A stretch of 63,813 nucleotides of DNA, counting the filler, from Reclinomonas americana ATCC 50394 (lineage: Eukaryota), in NCBI GenBank assembly GCA_048213135.1. It is 5 parts of 3 records of this genome, joined end to end, with 100 filler letters (N's around TTAATTAATTAA, not from the genome) between each part and the next. Parts side by side here need not be neighbours in the genome. Positions count along the whole stretch, not along the records: positions 1 to 26,712 come from PS015306.1; 4 more parts are not named here. The stretch is one strand, 5' to 3'. How positions within the stretch are numbered: position 1 is the stretch's first letter; each line of letters begins with the position of its first letter. Both the position numbers and the translations under genes were made by a program. The notes beneath the pieces were generated by a model, which did no database searches, was not told where the DNA came from, and saw nothing but the letters and a program-made list of their open reading frames with translations. Of this stretch, positions 1 through 21,200 are shown in pieces.

Positions 1-35
1 AAGGAGACATAGAGACAACAATCGGAGAGACGAAC

Positions 36-945
36 CCGCGATACACGGTAATGATCTTTGGATCGAGCTCACGGCAGGCCGCTACATACATACATACACA
101 CACGCGCGCTGAATGAGCACAGACAGCGTGCCGGGTCGACACACAACACCTCAGCGCAACGAGGAATGCTCGGATCATCCATGGCCTCTGCTCTCGCCGC
201 AATGCGCTCCTTCTCCTCAAACTTGGCCATAATCACATCCGCCAGTGTCTGCTGCTCACGCCGTGACGAGGGCATCAGAGCGGCCAGAGCAGCCTCATCG
301 CTCTCGTCGATTTGCTGCACAGCACGTGTAAGAGACGAGTGACAAGAGTGTCAAGTGACTGCACGCTCACCAACTCCTCTGAGAGACTCTCGGCATCTGA
401 GAAGTCACTCTCTGACATCGAGTCGACATCCACTGAGCCTGCACCGACCATCGGAGCATCACGACTGGTGTCGACGATCCACAATCAGCACACGCGATCA
501 CAAACTCTTGGAGTCAAAACGCATACACACCGCTTCTCCTCATCATCCAGTTCCGCACGTTGTCTCCTGGCCAGCTTGGTGATACGCCGCGCGTCCTTCT
601 CTGTCATGTGCTGCAGAGTGCGTGTGTGTGAGCGGCCATGTGCACATTCACATGCACAGACTTTGCACCCTCCTCCCCCCAAACCTGCTCATCGGCATCA
701 TCGTCATCTCCATCGTCCTTGTGCGCGGCTGCGGCTGCTGCAGTGGTGCCAGTGCCGACCGACGACGCTGTCTTTCTCCTCTTCTTCACGCGCTGCTTGG
801 CTCCGCTCGGGTCGTGCTCCAGTGGGCCCTCGTCCTCGCCATCGTCGGCCCTGCTCTTCTTGGAGGTGGCGTACTGATCGGCAATGATCTGCTCGCCAAG
901 TGGATCGTGCCGTTGGTTCTGCTTCGAGGTCTTGGCGCGTGGCAT
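36..945 (-). CDS. BYSL: Bystin / ENP1 (40S ribosome biogenesis), 5' part; runs off the window start
   Basis: Spliced exons read MPRAKTSKQNQRHDPLGEQI, RRITKLARRQRAELDDEE, TLADVIMAKFEEKE and ELDPKIITVYR, which match the bystin N-terminal pattern. ATG at 945. Confidence 0.85.
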
Positions 946-1446
946 TGTGTGATTGGAGAGGTGTGTTGGTCGTTTGGTTTGATCGTCGACATGCTTTGGA
1001 TTGTCGCGTGCATGCGCAGGTGGGATGTGCATGCTGGCCAATGTTGAGTGCAGCAGGCGACGCAGCGACTGCAGCGAGGGGTCCGAAGGCATACGGGGAA
1101 CCAAACATGACAATCATGACAACCCGGGCCCGCCACAACAAGGCCTGGGGCGGGGATCTATCTCGGGAGGGTTCTTTTTTTGGCTCCCCCACAGTGACCC
1201 CTCAGAATCTGCGACCACCCACGTGAGCTAGACAGGTCGACCACACCGGTGAAGGCCGTTTGTTGGACAACCGTGGAAAAGGGTCTATTTCAAGACCAGG
1301 CAGATATCGTAAATTTTTCAATCGCGACCGAGAGACGACAACTTCCTGCCACTGAGTTTCGCTCTCACTGTTTCCCTCCTGCATGTGTGTGACACGTGTC
1401 ACTCATTCGCTGCGTGTGTGCATAGACACAACTCAACGAGTGATTA

Positions 1447-8577
<7,131 letters not shown>

Positions 8578-8708
8578 CTCGCAGTAGGTGACACACACAC
8601 AGGTAGCCATCGGTGAGTGAGAAGATGAATGAGTGAAGCCCCTGCAATTCCCCTTTTGTGATGTTTCGGAGGCTGGCGCATTGCATTCGATCTGAACACG
8701 GGCACCAC

Positions 8709-10498
8709 TCAGCCCGAGCCGCAGTTCATGAACACGCCAAGGTACCTGCACGATGCGATGCAGCATGGGCAACATGGCAAAGGTGGAATGGAACGCAACA
8801 GTGAACGTACCACACGTGATCCTTGATGGAGCCCTCCACGAAAGGCACGTCACATGCCGGGTCAGACTCGCCGTTTCCGTAGCACTCGACAAATGACGTG
8901 CTTGCCTCGTTGTAGTGGATCTGTGTGATTCACGCTACAGTTAGCGGCGCGCGCGTGAACGTTCCTGCGGCGTCAGTTACAATACTCACCTCCGTTGGCA
9001 GGTGGTGGTAGCCGAGGAGTCCCTTGGGCGGCATCATCGGCACCTGCAATATTGTAAAGCGAGTGAGTCCACTGCGTTGCATACACAATATATACCCCCC
9101 GTCCGTGCGCCGAACGCAACGATATCGTGATGGTGCACGATGCGCCATGCGTTCTCCGGCTTGATGAGTGACGCGAACAGATTGGCGTACTTGTCATCGC
9201 CCACTCGCGGTGAGCCGACCGTGTACAGCGTCACATTCTGCGTTTGGGTAAAGGGTGAGTATTCATACACGAGAAGAGACACGTGCACGCTCGTCAGCAC
9301 ACGAGTACCTTGTCGGAAAAGGTGGTGGCCAGGTGCGTTGACGCCAGGGTGGCGATGGCGGCGCCGAGCGAATGTCTGCGCAAAAACAGCATCACGTCCG
9401 TCATCACAGTCAATCAGAGCACACATAAAACACGCAGCGCGGTACGGACCCCACGCAGATGATTGGAGCGTCGGGATACTGCTGTCGGAGGGCCTTGACA
9501 CTCGCGACCACCGTGTCCTTGACGTCTGCACCACGCGAGTGAGCTCAAACGCAAGATTCGGCCATCGACAACATGCACGACTCACCGTGGTACGCCTCAT
9601 ACCAGCCGCGGTACACTGTAGCACACAAAGGTTAGATGCGCGGCAATCCACACTTTCATGCTCTTCTCGCATGGGGACAGCTAACCATAGGCATCCGTGT
9701 CAAAGTACCTGCGAAAAAGAGAGTGATAGGGAGTGAGCAACAAATCAATCAAACTCTGAGGCAACACAAGAGGCTGGCTCACTTCACAGCCGGGAAGTCC
9801 AAGTCCTAACCACCAAAGCAAACACAAGGTGAGCACAGAGCTAGGGGAGAGAGCACATGAGGGGAGCGTAGCGAACACACACCGTGAGCCAATCCTCAAC
9901 AGAGATGGTACCACGAAACGTGATGAAAATGCTGTCACAACGTGTGAGACGAGCAGGTGATAAAACAGACTGTGCATCTCACACACACCTCTTCCACGTG
10001 TGATCGTAGGCCACCATGCCAATCGTCGAGTCCAGCGCTGACTTGTGCTCAAAGTTGGCGGTCGGCGGAAGAATGCCAGGCACATGGCTGCGAGCAAGAT
10101 GAGAGTCCAAACATGTAGAGAAAGAGGAAGAGAATGGGTCCGCGCAACTGGCAGAGACTGCAGTTCCACGCACGCACGTTGCCAAACTGGCACGTCATGG
10201 CGTCGCCAATGTAGCTGCTCTCCGTCGATGTAATCCATGAGTGATTCATGAAAAGGTGCATCGATGTATGTGTGTGTATGTGTGTGACGCAACGTGGCAG
10301 TGAGCGCAAGGTCCGCATTGTAGCCTGTCGGCGGTGACGGAGCAGCTGAGAATGCGCGCGACACAGCTCCGTGTGAGAAGACAGACAGACATGATGCGTG
10401 GCGGGAGGGTAGCAATCACCAGTGACGGTCACAGACGCAGTGGCTGCGGCAATCAGAGCCAACACTGCAACGAGCTGCAGCAGAGTGCCTTGTCGCAT
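8709..10498 (-). CDS. Secreted class-3 (fungal-type) triacylglycerol lipase
   Basis: Signal peptide MRQGTLLQLVAVLALIAAATA, spliced nucleophile motif G-HSLGAAIATL, YTVGSPRVGD, RIVHHHDIVP, GYHHLPTE, and C-terminal DHVWYLG. Confidence 0.88.
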
Positions 10499-10601
10499 GA
10501 TGACGGACGGAGGGAGAGAGTGTGACGAGGACACGACGTTCATTGATTGCTTCTTTACTCTCTCGTATTTCTTGTACATAAATGAGACTGCTAATCAGCA
10601 A

Positions 10602-13202
10602 CTAGTACTCTCGTGACGAGTACGTTGGTCTGCAACAACAAAATCCAGTCAGCGTCAGAAGTGCATGAACACGACAGCGCACGCGTACCTCTTTCGGTCA
10701 GGCTGATAGATGCTGGACGAAGAAGAGGAGAGCGATGAGCGGCCGTAGGTGTCGCCTTCGACATCGAGAGCTGGACTGGAGCGCTTGCGTCGGTATCGTT
10801 CCTCGCGGTCGCGCAGCGATTCGCTCTCACGCTCACGTCGACGCTGCGGTAAAGAAAAAATGCTCAGCAGCGTTGGGCAACAGCGCGACGAGCACCGCAG
10901 ACGGTACCTCTCGATCTGGCGAGGGCGGCTGCGGTTCTTCGCGGCGTGGAGGTGGCTGTGGATTCTGCAACGTCGCATTGTAGACATCGTCGCTGACCAG
11001 AGTTTCGTCGACCAGAATCGGAGATTTGGACAGGTCGACGCTGAAACCGAGAGTGAGCCCGGCGAAACAGCTCCAACCCATGATCGAGAAACACTCACCG
11101 CAACGTGTAGCCGTAAAAGGCGGCACCATTGAAAGTGGCACGAGCGCGAATTGCGCCCTCCTCTGAATAAAATTCTACAAAACCGAACCGAGTGACTTTT
11201 GGATCGCCCGGCACCTGTGTCAGCACTGGCCGTGAGTGGCGACTGAGACGTCGTATCAAGTGTGTCAACAATGGTTGTGTACCCTCTCGCCAGCCAACAC
11301 CACTTTCTCCACGCGACCGGCGCGCTCAAAGAATTGCGCGAGCTCGGCAGCCGTAACCTGATCATGTTTCAGATGAGCACAACGCAAACCGTGACCAGAG
11401 AATGCTCCTTGTCACGCACCGCCGACGATATGCTGCCCACGTAGACCGTGCGTGAAATGGCCTGCAAGCGTTCACGTGGCAGTGTCTCTTGATTGCGCAC
11501 CTCCTTGATGGAGGCCGCGATGGCCGACTTGCTCTTCTGCACCAGCAGTTTCTCCGCGCCCAGCACAATGTGGTTGAGCTGCAGAGCCACATCGGCCTCC
11601 TCCGGCGTGCTGAACTCTACAAAGCCGAAACGGCACGTGTGTGCACCCTCGGCCGTGCCGACCAGGCGCGACGCTGTCACCTGATTTCATGGCAGCCCAT
11701 TCTCAGAAACCGGCTGTCAGCTCTTTCTGCAGCTGCACCACTCACCCTGCCACACACTCCAAAGAACTCCTCCAGCTGCCTCTTGGTCAGGCCCTTGTCA
11801 ATGTTGGTCACGTAGACGGTGCGTCGGATCAACTCGCGTTCGATGCGACTCTCCAGCGCCCTCTCGTCGGTCTCCACGGCGCCGGAAAGCAATCGCCCGT
11901 GCACGTAGCGCGGCTGCTCGTCCATCGAGCTGCCGGCCGAACCAGCAGCACTAGCAAAAGAGGATGATGCCACTGATGACGACGACGACGGCGGGTAAGC
12001 TGGCGGTTGCGGTGGCGGAGGCAGTGGTGCATGCATTGCTGGCGGCGCACTCATGTGCATATGTTGTGGTATGGCCATCATGGCCATTGGGTGTGCCGCC
12101 TGCTGCTGCAGCACGCTAGCCACCGCGGCGGCAGCGGCAGCGGCAGCAGCCGGTTGAATGGAGGCCTTTTTTCATGCGAATTAGGTCATGCGCCAATACA
12201 GAAACACGGAAGCAGGGAGGACGAAACTGGCACTCCATGCTGTTGCAGCACGGCAACAATGCTGGTGGCCACGGTGGCCGACAGCTCCGCGGCACCCATC
12301 TGGGTCTGCAAGAGGCCGCAAAGAAAGAGGCACATGACACAGTGCAACAGAGCAGGGGGGTGGGAGAGGCAAGGGCGCAATGCGTGTGCGGGCCAGTGCA
12401 AAAACTAGGAAGAGGGCAGAGGAGAGGTGTGTGCGTGCGCTTACCGGGTACGCGTGCGACATTGGGGCCATAGGCATGGAACTGGCGTAGACGGAAGGCA
12501 CGGGCTGTGGGGGCGGTGGAGGTGGAGGCGGTGGTGGTTGCGGAGCAGTGCAATGCAGCTGGAGCACGCTGATGCCCTTGGCGGCCGGACACACACGCAA
12601 CGACACGCCTTCCAACGAATAGTTGTCAAGTTGCAGCGCTGCGTGCGCTTGCGCGCTGTCGGCAAACTCGACAAACGCGAAACGGCTGTAGGTGACCACC
12701 GGAGGGTTGCTGCAACACACACGCCAAGTCAGCTCGGCGGGAGAGCGGGGGATGCCAGAGAAAAAAACGCAACGCATTGGGATCGGGCCACTGGCCACTC
12801 GGCCCGATCTTGCAGTGGGTGATGCGCGCCACTGGCGCGAAGAACACCGACAACGAGTCGTCCGTCATCCACGCCGCCAGATTGCTCACATACACGGTCC
12901 GTGCCGAGTCAAAGAAGCCATGGTAGGGCCAGTCGGCGGGATATGCGGCACTGGCGGCGGAGAGTGCGGAGAGCGGAGGCACCGATGCGTAGCCGGCAGG
13001 CGGCGTGAAAGCCGAGACGCCCATTCCTGGAGCTGATTGCTGAAGTAAGGAGAGAGATGTAAGTGGACTGTTGTTTTGCTGCCTTGCTGATGAACAGCAT
13101 GTGTACCTTGCCTACTTCCTTGCGTTTCGACGTGCCGGCGGGCACGGCGCCCACGGCGGCGGTGGAGCCAGGCGGTGGAGCGGGGATGTCGTACAAGGGC
13201 AT
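10602..13202 (-). CDS. RNA-binding protein with three RRMs and an R/S/E-rich tail (SREK1/SRSF11/plant CID-like); 5' end probably lies in the gap
   Basis: RRM motifs RTVYVSNL..RFAFVEF, RRTVYVTNID..RFGFVEF and RTVYVGS. Pro-rich linkers and tail RERESESLRDREERYRRKRS. Confidence 0.75.
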
Positions 13203-13214
13203 GTCCTGCGCGCA

Positions 13215-13267
<53 letters not shown>

Positions 13268-14397
13268 GTGAGTGAGTGTGTGAGNNNNNNNNNNNNNNNN
13301 NNNNNNNNNNNNNNNNNNNNNNNNNNNNNNNNNNNNNNNNNNNNNNNNNNNNNNNNNNNNNNNNNNNNNNNNNNNNNNNNNNNNNNNNNNNNNNNNNNNN
13401 NNNNNNNNNNNNNNNNNNNNNNNNNNNNNNNNNNNNNNNNNNNNNNNNNNNNNNNNNNNNNNNNNNNNNNNNNNNNNNNNNNNNNNNNNNNNNNNNNNNN
13501 NNNNNNNNNNNNNNNNNNNNNNNNNNNNNNNNNNNNNNNNNNNNNNNNNNNNNNNNNNNNNNNNNNNNNNNNNNNNNNNNNNNNNNNNNNNNNNNNNNNN
13601 NNNNNNNNNNNNNNNNNNNNNNNNNNNNNNNNNNNNNNNNNNNNNNNNNNNNNNNNNNNNNNNNNNNNNNNNNNNNNNNNNNNNNNNNNNNNNNNNNNNN
13701 NNNNNNNNNNNNNNNNNNNNNNNNNNNNNNNNNNNNNNNNNNNNNNNNNNNNNNNNNNNNNNNNNNNNNNNNNNNNNNNNNNNNNNNNNNNNNNNNNNNN
13801 NNNNNNNNNNNNNNNNNNNNNNNNNNNNNNNNNNNNNNNNNNNNNNNNNNNNNNNNNNNNNNNNNNNNNNNNNNNNNNNNNNNNNNNNNNNNNNNNNNNN
13901 NNNNNNNNNNNNNNNNNNNNNNNNNNNNNNNNNNNNNNNTGAGAGATTGGTGATCACATGAGCGACAGGAGTGGGTGAGGGCAAGAAACTACGAAACTAC
14001 AGAAACGCGTTTTTTCCCGCCACTATCATCATCTGCACTCATGTGACTTTGGTGGTCAGCTATATGTGCGTGCGGAAGGTGGAGAGGAGAGAGGGTGTGT
14101 ATGTTCTGTCAGGAGAGAGTTGTTGTGTTTGTGCTGGCTGCGGGGCCTACGTGTGTGAATGAGTGAAGAAGGCGCAGGACAGCAAAACTGGATCTCCGTT
14201 GAAGTTGCCAAAGTCGACGTCTTTCGGCAAGCACTTCATAATGGCACAGGCTTATATTCAACGCAGTGCTCACCAGACTTGTTTTCTTTCTCACTTTCTC
14301 TTTGCCGCTGCATCACTTTTTCTCGCACTTACTCACTACCCTTCCTCATGCTCCCGACCTCTATCCGCCCACCGCCGCCGCCCCCTCGGCGCTACCC

Positions 14398-17300
14398 TCA
14401 GAGTTCACCAAACAGCTCGGGAGGTGCTTTCTGTACGCCACACACATCTGTTAGCCAAGTGCTTGCCACCAGCTCGTGCGACCAAGACATGAAACTCAAC
14501 TCCATTGTAGGAAATGTCGACCATTTCCTTCATGAGGTCGTACGCGATCTCCTTGGTGACCACCGCATCGCCGCGGTACAGCGGGTGCTGACGCACAAAG
14601 TTGCGCATATACGAGGCCGTCGTGTGCAACTCACCGTTGGCTCGCTGCGACACGAACCGGATGTAGCGATCGAGACAGCTGCGAGTCTCGGCCGTGATGG
14701 TGTCAGCCTTGGTCTCCAAGTACTTGTAGACCAGGGAGATGAGGCCGGGGAAGTCCTTCGGGTCGCCCGAGCGGACACCTGCACAAGCGAGTGAGTTGAG
14801 CTGCACAAGAAAAAACACAGCGAGTCCACCGCGCAAAGCAAACCATTGATGATCTCGTCAATCGTGTACTCGGTGAGCTCGCCATAGCCGGGGGCGCACA
14901 CGTTGCGGCGCCAGTAGAACTTGGACTCCAACACAGCGTCGCGCTTGTGTGCCTCGGCCAAGTTGACATCCACCTGCAAGCGCACGCACGCACTCGTCAG
15001 CGACAAGGCGCCCCTCACCAACTCAAAGACACCACAAACCAGCGACAGTGGCATGTACATGTTGAGCGAGAAGTGCTGAATGGCGCGAGCCACCAGCACA
15101 ATGAAGACAGTAAAGGCAGCATTCTCAAAGTCCGTCAACGACGCCTCCATGACACGGAACTCGACGCGCCAGCCAATACCACTGTTTTGTACGTCAGACA
15201 GGCATCTCGAGGACTATATGAGAATGGAAATAACAAAAATAGGCACGCAACGAGTTGGGTGGCGGCGGCTTGAACCGCACCGTCTGCCAGTTTGTGCTCT
15301 GAATGTTCTCAAAATGATCGACATTAACTCGATCGTCCAACTCAATGCGGTTCTGGTAGATCACCAGCGGATCACGAATGAACAGATGCGCACAGTGGCG
15401 CGCCAACATGTGGTCGACGCCAGCGGCCACCAATCGATCGTACGCCTCCTTATTTATGGGAGCTCGCACATCGTTCAGTGCCTCCACATCCACGTCTGCC
15501 AAACAAGAAGGTGAGTGGGCAGTCGAAAAGCGCCCATTTCCAGCAATAAACAAACCATCGCGGCTCGAGATGAAACACGAGACCGAGTCGTACCGACTCT
15601 TCGGCACTCGCGAGAACCCGTCCTCTCCCAGTTCCAACTCTTCCAGTGTGCGGTCGTCCACTGCACCACTCACCTGCGCAAAATTTCGAGCGACAGGCGT
15701 TGAGCAACGCGTGCATGAACGAAAACGAGGGGACGGAGAGTGCCACTCACCACATGCCATCGCACGTCCGTGTCCACCAGCGTGCCCTTGAGAATCGGTG
15801 TCGCGGCCGTCAGGGCCAACATAATGGGGCACAGCACGGCAAACTGATCGTAGAGGAAGCGCGCCTGCACCATGTCGCGTGTTTGGAATGTGACCTGCAG
15901 ACAGCAGCAGCCCATGCCGAATGCCATGCAGTCCATGTGCACGGTATCCAGCGGCTTCTCGCACCCACTGCACACGCCATTCTGCAGCGGAACCTCGGGA
16001 GACTCGCGGCGCACCGGCACCTCGATCTCGCTCGTGTCATCGCCCGACGCTCCGCCACTGGACGAACCGGAGATGGCATCAGAGTCACGGTCGACCTCGT
16101 CCGTCGGCTGCGCGCGCGCACACACACAAGTCAACACGAGTGGCACTCGAGCGCGATCTCTCTCTCTCTCTCTCTCCTCTCCCCAGCACTCGCTACGCAC
16201 CGACGGCAGGTAAGACATTTTCCGCTGCGATGCACGACGCGGAATGTCGTCTGTGATGGCACTGACACGCATGCCGGCGGGTTTGTAGTACTGCGGCAAA
16301 AAGTATGCATTGCGCGACAGTGTCGGGGCGTCGGTGGTTCGTCTGTGTCACGTCATTAATACTGTGCACAAATCAAAAGAGAAGAGAGGAAGGCAGAATT
16401 CATACCGGTACACGAGTGCCGCATAGGCGTGACACCGAGCATCGGATCCCACGGTGGAGCACACGTCGGGGTGGGCGGGCACATAGATGCACACTCGTCG
16501 TCCGCGTCGCTCACGAATGTTTCTTGTCAGCGTTCTGCAACGATAGCAACAGCCTGTGAGTCGAATCGAAACACGCGTATACGCACAGCCACGTGGTGGC
16601 GCAACTGGAATCGCTCGTGTGGATTGATGCACTCATCGGGCACGTAGCGCGATCGTGACACGTGACCCGAATCGCCGGGCGGCGCATGCGGAGGTGTCGT
16701 AAAGTTGTACGGCACACCCATCAGCGGGAACGACGTACACGACATGACTCGCACGCTGTCCTCGGAGCGACCTGCACGACGACAGCACACACGCGTCACC
16801 AATCGCGAGAACGATAGTGAACGAACAAAATAAGCCAGCAAACCATTCCGGCGACACCATCGCTTGACGCATTCATCCGCAATCCGCCTCCTCGCCGCCA
16901 TGTTGACCTCCACCAGCGGCAACGCATTCAAACTCTCACTGTACGGGCTTCCAGGCGTGCCTAAACCAGCGCAACGAGTGAGCACGCACGCTGGAGGGAT
17001 CAGATCAATCCAGCTGCACAGAGACACGGACCCTCAATCATGAATGATCCATACTCTGGTCGCCACAGCGCCACCATGTCTGGCTTTGGCACCGACTGCG
17101 GACTGCACTCCGCGCCTCCACCAGTCAAACATCCATCACAGATTAGAGGGAGAGCAACTGCAACAACACGCAACTCACGACCCTCCTCTTGCGCATGATG
17201 CACCGCCTCATTGTACGCATCCTCCTCCACTGTCAACTCAGCCAGCAGCTCCGCACCAATCAGTGCCAGTGTCACACTCTGCTCGAGAGAGGAGAGGGAT

Positions 17301-17742
17301 AGAGTGAGTGTCGCCATGTCACACGACTGCTGCACTCGTCGTCATCACCACTCCACGCGCTCCAAATGCACACAATGCATGCTTCTTTGCAACACGCCAC
17401 AGACACGATCTTATGGTCGCCACTGTGGCCTTCCCTTGTCTCTTTTTCACGAGCAAAGACGCAACTTTCGACTCATCATCAAACGCCCACAATTGGTACT
17501 CGATCTCATCGCCCCATGTCAGCGTCTCACTGCGCAGATCTCGGTACCGCTCCCACAGTGCCAGGAACTGCGTCGGGGGAGAGGGGAGGGGTGAGGCAAG
17601 CGCGTGAAATGACCGCGAAACAAACACACGCTCACACACACTCACTTACACACACCTGCTCAATGCCGTGCTCACGGACGTAGTTGAGGAATGGTAGGGC
17701 CTCGGCCCATGGCAGTGCATGACCACTGGTGAGGAAGCCCAT
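14398..17742 (-). CDS. GCLC: Glutamate-cysteine ligase catalytic subunit (gamma-glutamylcysteine synthetase)
   Basis: Motifs [97 protein letters not shown]. Confidence 0.95.
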
Positions 17743-18279
17743 AGCGTTTCTCTCGAGTCGCACGCTTTGAGGATGAGAAAATTCGGAGTGCGCTCGGAGT
17801 GAGCGGAAAAATGGGGACGTTGTTGGTGTGTTTTGTATGTGTGGAACGCGCTGGTGTTGCGGCGCTGTGCCTCTCGCGTACACACTCCGGTGTCACAGTG
17901 TGTGCTGCTGCGCGCGCGCAATGCGTGTGACTGCTGCAACGGGTGGGTAAAGTTTCAAGAGTTTTCGACCGGGTTTCGCGGGTTTTTCTCACACTCACAC
18001 TCACGGCGCAACACACCCCTGCGAGCGCACGCAGACGCACAGGCTCTCTCTCTCTTCCCTGGGTGACGAGAGAGAGAGAGAGAGCAGAGAGAGAGAGTGA
18101 GAGAGGAGAAAAGAGACCACGACGTCGGACATGAAATCGACTTCACACTCCTCTCTGCCTTGTTTTCTCACAGACAGACACACACACGCAGCCGCTATCA
18201 CACACAGACGCTGACCGATACCCACTCACGTCGGGAAATATGGATATTTTCGTGGGACAGCTCCTCGCTCAATTTGGCA

Positions 18280-21200
18280 ATGGAGGTTGGCGCGGAATCA
18301 CTTCCTCAGCCGCCGCCACCGGCCTCGCCACAAGACAGCGAGCGGCCGCCGCCTCCACGCACACCAGAACCACCCGCACTCCTGCGCATTCACGAAGACG
18401 AGGAGGATGACGGAGAGGAAGAGGACGATGAGGAAGAGGAAGAAGAAGAAGAGACCATCACTCCCACACCTCTGCAAATCAAACCGCCTTCCCCACCACC
18501 CCTGGTCAGCGCAGAAGCCGCTGCGCGCATGATCCCACCACAGCCACCATCGCCCTCGTCAATGGACGACGCACCANNNNNNNNNNNNNNNNNNNNGCCG
18601 GCGGCGTAACGGTTGATGGAGGAGCCGGCGGGCCAATGGAGCCACTGATGATGGCTTGCTGGTGGGATACCGGCAGGCGACGGAGCCCGCTGCTGCGTGC
18701 GGCCACGGCGGCGGTGCGGTGGTGCAAGTGGTGCAGGTGATGACGTGTGGCGCTGCTGCTGCTCGCGCCACCGCCACCACCAGCACCGCCGCCGGAGCCG
18801 AGCGAGGACGAGGAGGACGAGGAGGAGGAGCCTGTGGTGGAGCGGCGCAGAGGATGTGGATGCGGNNNNNNNNNNNNNNNNNNNNNNNNNNNNNNNNNNN
18901 NNNNNNNNNNNNNNNNNNNNNNNNNNNNNNNNNNNNNNNNNNNNNNNNNNNNNNNNNNNNNNNNNNNNNNNNNNNNNNNNNNNNNNNNNNNNNNNNNNNN
19001 NNNNNNNNNNNNNNNNNNNNNNNNNNNNNNNNNNNNNNNNNNNNNNNNNNNNNNNNNNNNNNNNNNNNNNNNNNNNNNNNNNNNNNNNNNNNNNNNNNNN
19101 NNNNNNNNNNNNNNNNNNNNNNNNNNNNNNNNNNNNNNNNNNNNNNNNNNNNNNNNNNNNNNNNNNNNNNNNNNNNNNNNNNNNNNNNNNNNNNNNNNNN
19201 NNNNNNNNNNNNNNNNNNNNNNNNNNNNNNNNNNNNNNNNNNNNNNNNNNNNNNNNNNNNNNNNNNNNNNNNNNNNNNNNNNNNNNNNNNNNNNNNNNNN
19301 NNNNNNNNNNNNNNNNNNNNNNNNNNNNNNNNNNNNNNNNNNNNNNNNNNNNNNNNNNNNNNNNNNNNNNNNNNNNNNNNNNNNNNNNNNNNNNNNNNNN
19401 NNNNNNNNNNNNNNNNNNNNNNNNNNNNNNNNNNNNNNNNNNNNNNNNNNNNNNNNNNNNNNNNNNNNNNNNNNNNNNNNNNNNNNNNNNNNNNNNNNNN
19501 NNNNNNNNNNNNNNNNNNNNNNNNNNNNNNNNNNNNNNNNNNNNNNNNNNNNNNNNNNNNNNNNNNNNNNNNNNNNNNNNNNNNNNNNNNNNNNNNNNNN
19601 NNNNNNNNNNNNNNNNNNNNNNNNNNNNNNNNNNNNNNNNNNNNNNNNNNNNNNNNNNNNNNNNNNNNNNNNNNNNNNNNNNNNNNNNNNNNNNNNNNNN
19701 NNNNNNNNNNNNNNNNNNNNNNNNNNNNNNNNNNNNNNNNNNNNNNNNNNNNNNNNNNNNNNNNNNNNNNNNNNNNNNNNNNNNNNNNNNNNNNNNNNNN
19801 NNNNNNNNNNNNNNNNNNNNNNNACAACCGCAACCGCCGCCGCCTCCTCCTCCTCCGCCTCCACCGCAGCAGCCGCCGCTAACGGTTATCACGGCCACGG
19901 TGTCGACTACGCCGCCGGCCGGTCGACTGACGAGTAACATTATCGTGATGCCGAGTCCGTATCCGTCGTCTACGGCGGCCAACTCGCCGCCGGTGCCACT
20001 GTCGCGAGCATGGGAGGATTGGCGCACGCTGCGGCTGCTCAATAGTGGGCTTACGGTCATGCATCCGCCCTCGTGGCGAGCGTTGCGAGTGAGTCTCTTT
20101 TCTTTTTCCCATCAGTTGTCAGTCATGAGACAGCATGTGCTGAAGGGATTGGTGTGTGGTAGGTCGATGGTGAGGCAGAGCTGATGTTGGAAGACAAGCA
20201 TGCACTCGATGGGTTGCGTTGGCCTCTTGTATTTTCGTTCCATGCTGGCTGCAGATCGGTGTGTGCTCACATGCGTCGCAGACCGGTGACCATGACGGTG
20301 GTGCTGGAGGATGTCCGTGCACATCCGCGTCTCGATCCGCAGCGGTACGCGGAGATGAGCATCAATCAGCATATCGTCAGTGACTCTGGTCGCGTACTAC
20401 TGTGCAGTGCGCATCGATGGCTGCAGATGACTGACTCGTGAAACGAAACTACGCAGTGCTGGAGTTGTTGCAGCCAAAGATGCGCTCGCGTATCAACGTG
20501 TGCGACCGTGAGACGTGGAGTTTTGCGTTCAGCGCGCCGCAAGCGCAGCCGACTCGTGGCAAGAATTGTTTCTGGTGTGTGTGGGGGGTGTGTCTCTGTG
20601 TGTTTGTGCGAGTTGTCTCGATGCTAATGTCGCTGGCAGGATGAACGTCTTCAAAGTCGGCACCACCTTTCTCATCGTCAACTGCTTCTGCCACGCCGAC
20701 AAGTACGAGCGACTAAAGCCCGTCTTTCAGCAAGTGCTGCTGCGCATGGAGATTGACCGCACACTCGAGCGACGCATGTCCTTGCCGTTTCAGGGTTCGT
20801 CACAGCACAGTCGCACTGTATCAGTGTGCTCCCGCAGGTCGTCTCACTGTGTACACAATGTTTGTCTGTGTGTGTGTGTAGGATCGGCGGTGCAGAGCTA
20901 CCATTTCATCGGCAAGCCCATCAGCTTTGATGTGCCGACGTACTGGGTGCGCCAGGAGGAACAGGATGAATCGACGGCATTTGCGCGTTTCCAGATGCCT
21001 GTCATTGCGCTGGATCGCGCTTCGCAGCAGCAGTGTCGCTACCTCACGTTCATGCTCATTGACGAAGGCAAGGTCGCCGAAATGTGGAATGTGGTTGGCT
21101 TTGCAGTTGCGGCGCGCTGTCCCCACCACGACCCTGTGTCAGTCGCATCAAAATTCTTACCCCCGTGCGCAGAAAGAAGTCAAGCGCACCTTCCGCGAGG